A DNA stretch of 64,000 nucleotides from Octopus vulgaris. Its lineage: Eukaryota. The position numbers were made by a program, and so were the translations under genes. The stretch covers positions 6,262,001 through 6,326,000 of the forward strand of contig OX597821.1 of assembly GCA_951406725.2 (NCBI GenBank), written 5' to 3'. Below are positions 54,799 to 64,000 of this stretch, in pieces. The notes beneath the pieces were generated by a model. The model was not told the DNA's origin and searched no databases. It worked only from the letters and a program-made list of their open reading frames with translations. Each line of letters opens with the position of its first letter. Position 1 is the first letter of the stretch.

Positions 54799-54882
54799 CT
54801 TGAGGAATTTTAGTTGAATGAATTGATTCCAGAACATTTTTTTCAACTCTGGTTCTTAGGCTGTCAGTCTCTTTTGCCGAAC

Positions 54883-55140
54883 AAACAAGCAGCTTTATCA
54901 TGATCTACCCCCAAGTAACTGAGAAGATTCGGCAGAAAAGAGTCAGGCACCTAGAAGAACCTGTGTGTCAGCTGGTCTTATGGCAGTCAGTTGAAGGAAG
55001 AATCAATAGGGGGCAACTTGATTCAGGACAGTGGAATGACAAATGTTGACGAATTAAGAACATGCATGGGGCACCGTGATGGATGGCGTGCTCATGTGAA
55101 ATCATTGAAGCATTTGGGAAGATGGCCAAACTAAACTAGC
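54883..55140 (+). mobile_element. 3' fragment of a second RTE-type LINE family inserted into a SINE
   Basis: Translates to QLYHDLPQVTEKIRQKR..LVLWQ..GRINRG / DSGMTNVDELRTCMGHRDGWR (RTE C-terminus). TSD ttgc(c/t)gaac at 54874-54882 and 55141-55149. Confidence 0.7.
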
Positions 55141-55782
55141 TTGCTGAACCACTAAGTTACTGGGATGTAAGCACACCAACACTGTTGTCAAGTGGTGGTA
55201 TGAGACAAACACAGGCACAAGCACACACACACACAGACACACACACACACACACACACACACAATGGACTTCTTACAGTTCCCATGTACCAAATCCACTC
55301 ACAAAGCTTAAGTTGACCTGAGGCTATAGCAGAAGACACTTTCCCAAGGTACCATGCCGTGGGACTGAACTCAGAACCACGTGGTTGGAAAGCAAGCATC
55401 TTACCATATCACCATGCCTGTGACTACATATATATCATCATCATCATCATTATCATCATCATCATCGTTTAACGTCTGTTTTCCATGCTAGCATGGGTTG
55501 GACAGTTTGACCGGGGTCTGGGAAGCCACGAAGCTGCACCAGGCTCCAGTCTGATCTGACAGTGTTTCTACAGTGAGATGCCCTTCCTAAAGCCAAGCAC
55601 TCCGTGAGTGTAGTGGGTGCCTTTTATGTGCCATCAGCACAGGGGCCAGAGGAGGCTGGAAACGGCCACGATTGGTTGGTGCTTTTTACATGCCACCAGT
55701 ACAGAAATATATATATATATATGCACAAAATCAACATACAAACTAACTGAATGATTTAATGAGCAGAAACAAATACTCATGC

Positions 55783-56201
55783 CAGCACTGGATTAACCCA
55801 TTAAGCACATGCTTAAGGCATCAAGGGATGGGGGCACCACAGAAATGAAAAAGGTTTATGGCACAAAAGAAATCACTTTAAACTTACTGAAATAATATTC
55901 GTAACATCTTATCTCTACTAAGTATAGAAGCAGAAGTTTTACGTAAAATTAATTTTAGCGATATTATCGAACATTTTGCAGTTAAAAAAAATATGGAGAA
56001 AACTTTTTTAAATACAAACAAAGTGGAAGCATACAAAAATAAATATTATTTTCCATCTTACTGTTAGTTTCGTTTCATTTTGGAAAATAAAAATTTATTT
56101 TATGGTTTATCATAGTTTACATTTTGAACTATTTACATATACTTGAGGGCACCAAAGCCTTTTAAGTGCTTAGGGTCTCTATGGGTCTTAATCCGGCCCT
56201 A
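55783..56201. mobile_element. hAT-type MITE
   Basis: TIRs cagcactggattaa / ttaatccggcccta. Perfect 8-bp TSD actcatgc at 55775-55782 and 56202-56209. Confidence 0.8.
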
Positions 56202-56433
56202 ACTCATGCACTCATTATCAAGATGCATTATGGTAATTAAGTTTCAAAGGAATCATTATTAATGTTTAGATATTATTTTGCTTAATTAGCTATTAAGTTT
56301 TTATTCTTATAACTTTTGAAAAACCATCATTAAAGCATAGATCATTAATCAAGAAATTAAGTGAAGTATTGTAAGATGCTTCTTAAGAAAATTTGACTGC
56401 TATTTCCAGAATTCTGAGTGACTTTGAAAAGGT

Positions 56434-56992
56434 TTAACTCTTTAATTCTTTAGCATTTAAACTGGCCAAATCTGGCTCAAGTATTCTACCTGTTTTAAAT
56501 TCAAACAGGCCAGGTCTGGCCTCTCGCACACATCCTACAAAGTCATTTTAAAAATTGAAAATCGCATCATTGAAATCTTGAAGCTATACGATAATGCTTG
56601 ATTAATCCAATGCAATGTGAATAGAATAAGCATTATATTTGACAGGAAGCACCTGGCTCAGTGGTTAGAGCATCAGGCTCACAATCATGAGGTTGTGAGT
56701 TCAATTCCTGGACCAGGCTGTGTGTTGTGTTCTTGAGCAAAACACTTTATTTCATGTTGCTCCAGTTCACTCAGCTGTTGAAATGAGTTGCAACATCTCT
56801 GGTGCCAAGCTGTATTGGCCTTTGTCTTTCCCTTGGATAACATCAGTGGCATGGAGAGAGGAGGCTGGTGTGCATGGGTGACTGCTGGTCTTCCATAAAC
56901 AACCTTGCCCGGACTTGTGCCCCAGAGAGTAACTTTCTAGGGGGCTCTTTTCCCTTTTATATTTGACAGAATAATCTGGATGCTAAGGGGTT
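56434..56992 (+). mobile_element. piggyBac-like MITE with nested SINE
   Basis: Ends resemble ttaaccctttagcat / atgctaaggggtt. Homologous inverted copy at ~43220-43443 ends atgctaaagggttaa. Confidence 0.55.
56646..56956 (+). mobile_element. tRNA-derived SINE
   Basis: Box A tggctcagtggt, box B gagttcaattcc. 13-bp TSD ttatatttgacag at 56633-56645 and 56957-56969. Confidence 0.85.
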
Positions 56993-57394
56993 GTTAGCAA
57001 GTGATTCATTGAAAAATAAGCTGAGCTGTAGAAGGTGTTAAAAAGTGACTTTCTGAGAATCATAAAGTCTTTTTAAAAAAGAAATATGGAAATTCAATTT
57101 ATAAAAACGATTTATTTTGACAATTATTTTCCAACCATTACTGACATATTAATTAACATACCTAAAAGTGTGGTTGTGTGGTTAATAGTTTGTTTCCCAA
57201 CCTTACAGTTTTAGGTTCAGTCTCACTGCATGGTACCTCTAGCAAGTGTCTTCTACTATAGCCCTGGGCCAACCAAAGCCTTGTGAGTGGATTTAGTAGA
57301 CGTAAACTGAAAGAAACCTGTTGTGTGTGTGTGTGTATACATGTGTGTGTGTATACATGTGTGTGTGTGTGTGAGTGTGTATGAGTGTGTGTGC

Positions 57395-57425
<31 letters not shown>

Positions 57426-58566
57426 CGTCTGTGTCTGTGTATGTGTGTCAATGTTACTGTTTCCTTATCTTGACTTTGCCTGGTAGTTGTAAATGAGTGT
57501 CAAAATTATTCAAGCAGTGTCCTTCCTCTCCCATCTTCCAGGGTGGGGGGAACACACCCTGGTCATGGGGAAATGTCACTTTACTTGGAAACAGGTGAAG
57601 ATTGATGACTGGAAAGGGATCCAGCCATAAAAATATCTGCTTTGATGAATTACATCCAACACATGCGAGCATGGAAAAGTGAACATTAAAATGATGTTGG
57701 TGATGATGATGACGATGATGATGATGGTGGTGGTGATGGTGGTGGTGGTGGCAGTGGTGATGGTGATGATGATGAAAGGTTAAAGTTAAAAGGCAGAATA
57801 ATAAAAAGAATGATAATAAAGCAAAAACTGGATGTTCTTATTGAATTGTGAAATGAAAGTTAGAATATCTGCCATCTTCATTTTGATAAAAGTAGAATGA
57901 TTTTCAAAGTGCAAGATCAAATATATAAAATAGATTGCCCTTATTGATTAAATTTGATCTCCTTTATTTTATCGCATACATGTTGTTGTTGTTGAATCCC
58001 ATGTTCTGACTGAACACACTTATGGTCAAAATTGATAGAATAAGTACTAAAATTTTAAAAATATGTACTGGGGTCAATTTATTTGACTAAACCCTTTTGA
58101 AGCAAACAAAAAAGATGTCTCATTCTACATTAGTAAAACTCTATTGTTCTGCTTTTCTCGGTCACCATAATTGGAAACAATGAATTATTTCCTCCTCATA
58201 ATTTACAAGGAAAACAGGAAATATGCAAAAAACAAGCCTTACACGCTCCAGGCTTGAACACTTTCGTATTTGCAAAGCCAAAAAACCATGAAATTTATGC
58301 TAAACATAACTAAATGTCCAGTTTTGGGCATAACTTGTTATGTATGATGTCATGTACAAAAGCAGTTTCCTATTATTACAAGGGAAGCGTGAATCATAAG
58401 CTTTTCAAAGAAAGCAGAGGTTCACGTTGCTAAAATTCATGCCCTACCCATCAGGTTCATATAATGCATTGGTTTCAAATTATGCCACAAGGCCAGAAAT
58501 TTCAGGGAAGGGGTTAGTTTATTACAACAACTCCAGTGTTCAGCTAGCACTTACTTTATCGACCCT

Positions 58567-59864
58567 TTTTTTATATCCTGCCACAGGTTGGTTTATATAG
58601 AATTAGGTAGCAGAGGTTTAATCAATGTGTTCACATGACATACTTCATGAAACTACCAAAATGCTCTCTACTCAACTACTACCAACCTCTACTCTTTATA
58701 AGAGTTTAGCTAGTCCATTCTTCCAGTCCCCCAGGGGTGTCAATGACTCTCACTTTAACATCTCCCCTGTTGAGATTGACTCCTATTTGAAGTTAATATT
58801 ATTATTTTTATTTATTTTTACATTGTCACTGTTACATCCTGATGACTCATTGCCCAGTGTTGTAACATAATTGTTACCCAACTCTTAGGTAGCACTGTTT
58901 GTTTTTTGCACACAGCACAAATTTTCCTTGTACTAAGCCCTCTTGTTAGCACTCTTGTTTTTCGCTCAAATGGATTTTAGTGCAATTTTTTAACCTCAAG
59001 AAGACATCTCCTCTAGCTGGTTAACACTGCACAGCTACAACTAATATATTATGAGCAGGGGAACCAAACCCTTACAAGAATTCTAGCAATAGGACCAACA
59101 CATAGTAATTCAAACAACTACCACCATTACAACAACTTACATGTTCAGTGCAAGTTCAACATGGAACTTACACTGACTCTTACCAGCCTCTAGCAAAACT
59201 CTTCAACCACTTCTACCAACTTGCTGTCTTTACACAGAACATGATAGGTATTTTATTGGTGGTACTTTGGCTGCCAGGTGTGCAGCCTCTACCACCTTTC
59301 ACCAATTTTTCGATGTCCTAGTGCTTGCTACAGGTTGTACAGGGTTATATGTTACCAGTAGAATCCAAAAGGGCAACCTGACCAATACGACAGGTTGTGC
59401 TGGGTTATACTTTCTTCTGGATTATAAGTAAATTCTCCAATTTAATTTGCTACGCTGCCTGACGAGAATGAACCTGAAGTATTTTCAGACTTCTTCATTA
59501 CCTCCAGTAACTGTTGGTATTGTTGCTGCTGTTGTAGTTGTTGTAACTGATGCTGCTGCTGCTGCAACTGTACCATGCAAGCCAACAAATCTTCCATGTT
59601 AAATAATTTTTTCTTTGGTTTTGTACAAAAAAACGAAACATTTAAACATCCTATGCAATATCTCATTGTCACTTTTATATCCTGCCACAGGTTGGTCTAT
59701 ATGAAATTAGGTAGCGGAGGTTTAATCAATGTGTTCACATGACGTACTTTGTGAAACTATCAAAATGCTCTCTACTCGACTACTACTGACCTCTACTCTT
59801 TATAAGAGTTTGGCTAGTCCATTCTTGCAATTCCCCAGGGGTGTCAATGACTCTCGCCACAACA
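58567..59864 (-). mobile_element. Internally deleted Gypsy-type LTR retrotransposon (~1.3 kb) inserted in a SINE
   Basis: Direct repeats ~58568-58760 and ~59673-59864 start TGTT on the minus strand. PPT aacaggggaga abuts the 3' LTR. Degenerate PBS-like gtgacaatgag. gag-like MEDLL..QQQ..SVAN*IGEFTYNPEESIT. TSD accct/actct. The host SINE resumes on both sides. Confidence 0.8.
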
Positions 59865-60638
59865 ACTCTGAAAGAATGAAAGGGAAAGTTGACCTCAGTG
59901 AAGTTTGAAGTCAGAATGTAAAGTCAGATGAGATGCCATTAAGCTTTTTGCCCAGAGCGCTTAAGATTCTGTCACCCCACAGCCTTACTGTTTACAGTAA
60001 TATTCGTTTCAAATTTTGGTACAAGGCCAGCATTTTATTGACCCCTAAAAGAATGAAAGGTAAAGTCGACCTCAGCAGAATTCAAACACACCCCGATGAG
60101 ATGCAGCTAATCATTTTGCCAGGTGTGCTAATGATTCTGCCAGCTTATCGCCATTATATTCATATAATATATTGATAATGTAAATGAAGTGAAATAAAAA
60201 TGATTGGTAAAAGAGACAGAATGTAGATATAGTTCAATGGGAGCTTACCAGATGTTGATCTCTACATCTATCTGTCCTCCTATAGGAGGACATAAGTCCT
60301 ATTTAGAAGATTAGGGAAACATTTAGAATTTACAGTGAACCCTAATGTTTATGTTATCATTGTTGTAGCTGTTTAGCCCTTGTTCAATTCTGACTGAGCA
60401 GACCTATAATCGAAGATGTTCCAACCATGACCATCCCATAAAGTTTTTTCAGACATAATATTTCTCCAACTATATTATCCAGCATATCCTTTGTATCATT
60501 TTTATGGTTGCAGGGCTAAGATTAAGATTTGAAGGATATCAACTTCTTTAATACCGACCTGCCCGAGGCTCCCTTGGCTCTATGATAGAAACTTCTGATT
60601 TTAGAATAATCCAGTACGGCTGCAGTCAAAGTAAAAGA

Positions 60639-60683
<45 letters not shown>

Positions 60684-60777
60684 AAAACGGTAAGATAACA
60701 AAAGAAAGAAAGAGACCTCAATATTATGTAAATAGAGGAAATTTATCTATACAATATGTTACATTACTCGGTAGTCA

Positions 60778-60840
60778 AGATAAAACTCTGAGTTTCAGAT
60801 GCCGAAGTGGAAATCCACAACACCATCTCTTCGGTTATCT
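60778..60840 (-). ncRNA. Type I hammerhead ribozyme, inverted pseudo-LTR copy
   Basis: Reverse complement of 62416-62478. Confidence 0.72.
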
Positions 60841-61231
60841 GGCTATTTGAAAACGTTATGAAAAAATACCGTTAAAAATGAAGGAAATTACTCTGTTATA
60901 ACTCTGCTTTGCCTGCGTACTTATACATCGCTCGCATTTTTCGTCATAAAAATTATATAAAAATACATAAAAATATATAAAAATATATAAAAATATATAA
61001 AATCTTCTTGGGACATAACACAGAAAGCATGTTCTATCCGTTTTCTTTAGGGGACCAAAAACGTAACAGAAATTTAGTCACATGTGGGCATGATCCGAAA
61101 AGTTCTGTCCTTGTATTTAGACATGTGGTAGGGTCTAAGCTGCTTTTCCAGATAAGCCATCTCTCCATGTCGCATAAACCGCACCTTCCGCTGCCGTTAG
61201 TATAGGGCTTACATCTTACACTTCGGACTGT

Positions 61232-62221
61232 ATAACTATAGACACTAACCTGACGGTTGTCAATTTCTTAGACGTTTCCTTAGATCTTAATAATAATATT
61301 TATAAGCCTTATAGGAAGCCCAATGATAGACTAAGTTATATTAATGTAGGTTCATGCCATCCCCCTATATTATTCAAAAATTTAGTTAAAAATATTAGTA
61401 AGAGGATTTCTAGCCTCTCATCTAATGAGGACATCTTCAATAGCGTTGCCCCAGTTTATAATAAAGCTTTAAAAGATAGTGGTTTTAGCGAAAAAATAAA
61501 ATATACACCTATCACCAGCCCAACAATAAGGAAAAGGAATAATAGAAATAGGAAGGTCATCTGGTTTACGCCCCCTTACTCACCCGAGGTGGCCTTCAAT
61601 ATAGGTAAATATTTCCTAGCACTGATAGATAGACATTTTCCAGTTAACCATGCTTATAGGAAACTCTTCAATAGACACAATTTAAAAATTAGTTTTAGTT
61701 CAACTACCAATTTTAAAAACATAATCAATCATAACATACAAAAAACACAAGAAGAAAACAGCTGTTCATGCAGGAATAAAGAATTGTGCCCGCTAAATGG
61801 AGCTTGCATGTCCAAGACCATCATATATGAAGCTACCGTAAACTCTATAACCACTAAAGACACCGTTTTGACGAAGAAATACGTGGGCCTGACAGAGGGT
61901 AATTTCAAGGCCAGGTTCAATAACCACACTTTGAGCTTTAGGCACTGGAACAAAAGAAAAGCGACACAATTATCCAATCATATTTGGTCTTTAAGAGATA
62001 AAGGTGTCGATTATAACATACAATGGAAGATTTTGGCCAGATGTAAGCCCTATACTAACGGCAGCGGAAGGTGCGGTTTATGCGACATGGAGAGATGGCT
62101 TATCTGGAAAAGCAGCTTAGACCCTACCACATGTCTAAATACAAGGACAGAACTTTTCGGATCATGCCCACATGTGACTAAATTTCTGTTACGTTTTTGG
62201 TCCCCTAAAGAAAACGGATAG
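61232..62221 (+). CDS. PLE ORF fragment: end of RT core/thumb, Cys-rich linker and GIY-YIG endonuclease (5'-truncated, frame open to stop)
   Basis: Frame is open upstream of the listed ORF 61589: ITIDTNLTVVNFLDVSLDL..YKPYRKPND..YINVGSCHPP (PLE RT thumb), then IWFTPPYS, CSCRNKELCPLNGAC, IIYEATV..KYVGLTEGNFKARFNNH (GIY-YIG), LSNHIW, CGLC..ER, LNTRTEL..CPH. Confidence 0.92.
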   Translation: MTIDTNLTVVNFLDVSLDLNNNIYKPYRKPNDRLSYINVGSCHPPILFKNLVKNISKRISSLSSNEDIFNSVAPVYNKALKDSGFSEKIKYTPITSPTIRKRNNRNRKVIWFTPPYSPEVAFNIGKYFLALIDRHFPVNHAYRKLFNRHNLKISFSSTTNFKNIINHNIQKTQEENSCSCRNKELCPLNGACMSKTIIYEATVNSITTKDTVLTKKYVGLTEGNFKARFNNHTLSFRHWNKRKATQLSNHIWSLRDKGVDYNIQWKILARCKPYTNGSGRCGLCDMERWLIWKSSLDPTTCLNTRTELFGSCPHVTKFLLRFWSPKENG

Positions 62222-62415
62222 AACATGCTTTCTGTGTTATGTCCCAAGAAGATTTTATATATTTTTATATATTTTTATATATTTTTATGTATTTTTATAT
62301 AATTTTTATGACGAAAAATGCGAGCGATGTATAAGTACGCAGGCAAAGCAGAGTTATAACAGAGTAATTTCCCTTCATTTTTAACGGTATTTTTTCATAA
62401 CGTTTTCAAATAGCC

Positions 62416-62478
62416 AGATAACCGAAGAGATGGTGTTGTGGATTTCCACTTCGGCATCTGAAACTCAGAGTTTTATCT
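62416..62478 (+). ncRNA. Type I hammerhead ribozyme (variant core) in PLE pseudo-LTR
   Basis: AGATAA-CCGAAGA-GATG..CATC-T-GAAA-CTCAGAG-TT-TTATCT: stem I agataa/ttatct, CCGAAGA core (U4C), stem II, quasi-palindromic stem III, GUU site. One extra U before G12. Confidence 0.72.
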
Positions 62479-62531
62479 TGACTACCGAGTAATGTAACAT
62501 ATTGTATAGATATATATATATATATATATAT

Positions 62532-62910
62532 AAAATTTATGAATAACTGAAAGAATGGAGTTGAACGACAAATTAACAAATTTCCTTTATTTTCGACATA
62601 TGTTTCGAAGGCTGCATATTCCTAATTGTGAAAGAATAAGGAGTACATTATGCCGCTTTCTCATCAGGAAAAACAAGGAATTTATGTCAACATCAAGATT
62701 CACAAAAACTTTTAGATGACTGCTCTCCCGGAGTGCATAGCGATAATGTATTCATAAATTTTATAAAAATACACACAAATTTCCACCCGAAAACACGTAG
62801 TCTCTGCCCTAGGCACGTAACTTCAACCGTGCTATTTCTGATGTGAATTTGCTACCCAGGTATCGGTTAAACGAATTATCCATAAAAAGATATTTCATTT
62901 TTCTACTCAA
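62532..62910 (-). mobile_element. Hammerhead-bearing non-coding element (PLE pseudo-LTR fragment or retrozyme-like) in (TA)n
   Basis: Complex CpG-containing 380-bp island between two (TA)n tracts, carrying the canonical HHR. Its terminal 14 bp (aaaatttatgaata, 62532-62545) is an inverted copy of 62749-62762. Confidence 0.65.
62590..62672 (-). ncRNA. Canonical type I hammerhead ribozyme
   Basis: Minus strand: TTTTC-CTGATGA-GAAAGCGGCATA..TATGCAGCCTTC-GAAA-CATAT-GTC-GAAAA. Perfect core, 10/12-bp stem II, palindromic ACATATGT stem III, GUC site. Stem I extends beyond an internal loop (TTCCTT/AAGGAA). Confidence 0.88.
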
Positions 62911-62929
62911 ATATATATATATATATATA

Positions 62930-63132
62930 TTCTTTCATTCTTTTACCTGTTTCAGTCATTAGACTGTGGCCATGCTGGGGCACTGCCTTGAATTTTTAGT
63001 CAAATGAATTGTTCTCAGGACTTATGTTTCTGTTTTTTAAGCTTGATACTTATACTATTGATCATTTTTACCAAAACACTAAGTTACAGGGGCATGAGCT
63101 CACCAGCACCAGTTATCAAGCAGTGGTGGGGG

Positions 63133-63164
<32 letters not shown>

Positions 63165-63375
63165 CACACACACACACACACAGACACACACACACACACA
63201 CACATCACACACTATGATAAGCTTCTTTCAGTTTCCATCCACCAAATCCACTTACAAGGCTTTGGTCAGACCAAGGCTATAGTAGAAGACACTTGCCCAA
63301 GGTGCTACACAGTGGGACTGAACCTGGAACCATCTGGTTGCGAAGCAAGCTTCTTACCACATAGCCACACCTGGC
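62930..63375 (-). mobile_element. SINE family A
   Basis: Reverse-complement homology. Confidence 0.78.
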
Positions 63376-64000
63376 TCTTTTCCCTGTTTCACTGTACCAA
63401 ATTTCACACGTGAAGCATTGATCTGCTTGCAGCTATACTAGAAGACTTACAGCCAACAAAGTCCACATAGTGGGAATGAACCCTGAACCCCATGGTTCTG
63501 TAGCAAAGTACTTGAGCACAAAGTCATACCTGCAGCCAAATATATCTTAGATATATTATCAAATAAAACAAATGGTTTAGTTTTCTATGTTGTAAGATTT
63601 GGTTAAGATCCTTGTCATAACAAAGCTTGTGTTTCTGATGAGGGTAGGTCATGTCTGCTGGTGCCATATTGAAATGCATCCAGTACACTCTAAAGACTGC
63701 TTAGTATTTGAAGGGCATTTAGTTAAAGTAACCATGGCAATAAAAAAAAAAGAAAAAAGAGAAACGGGAAGTATGAGTGAGATGTGGTCTCCAACCTGTC
63801 TAGACCTGTTAGTAACTCTGAATATAAAACTGACTTGGTTCATGATGACCCATCCAGTCTATTACCAGCATGGAAAAAGCTGAGGTAAAAAGATGATGGT
63901 GACGGTGATGATGGTGGTGGTGGTGATGATGATGATGAAGATGGTGGTGGTGGTGTTGGTGTTGGTGCTGGTGATGATGATGATGATGAAGATGATGATG

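Larger units (their letters stand above)
60681..62512 (+). mobile_element. 5'-truncated Penelope-like element (PLE, Naiad-type) with inverted pseudo-LTR, inserted in (TA)n
   Basis: RT-thumb plus GIY-YIG ORF at 61232-62221. 60744-61216 is a near-identical reverse complement of 62039-62512 (ORFs 61008..61205+ and 62050..62247- are identical; one indel seen, gg vs ccc). Both flanks are (TA)n. An inverted 5' copy of the 3' end is a hallmark PLE insertion structure. Confidence 0.93.

Noticed and set aside
62300-62335. Possible SECIS (ATGA..AAA..GA) downstream of the Naiad-type ORF
   Set aside because: Spacing is too short for SECIS helix II, and the visible ORF has no in-frame UGA.

Overview
AT-rich, microsatellite-saturated animal genomic DNA, intergenic or deep intronic. 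The SINE and LINE repertoire and the (TA)n/(CAT)n/(CA)n density point to an octopus (coleoid cephalopod); this is an inference from recognising the repeats. No host protein-coding gene can be called with confidence, and almost all ORFs in the supplied track are microsatellite or SINE read-through. The real coding remnants are all transposon-derived: (1) a young 5'-truncated Penelope-like element (RT thumb plus GIY-YIG, Naiad-type CxCx5C linker) with an inverted pseudo-LTR at 60.7-62.5 kb; (2) RTE-clade LINE fragments with a PHD-like Cys/His insert inside the RT; (3) a decayed mariner transposase; (4) a small internally deleted Gypsy-type LTR element. The window also holds non-autonomous Helitrons, a DINE-1/HINE-like element, hAT, Tc1 and piggyBac-like MITEs, and dozens of copies of three SINE families. 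The most striking unannotated signal is a dense set of about 11 type I hammerhead ribozyme motifs, one fully canonical and the rest variant or decayed. They sit in the Penelope pseudo-LTRs and in several short non-coding elements embedded in (TA)n tracts, including a ~345-bp tandem-plus-inverted retrozyme-like unit and a 58-bp-arm palindrome. Many SINE and MITE boundaries are approximate.
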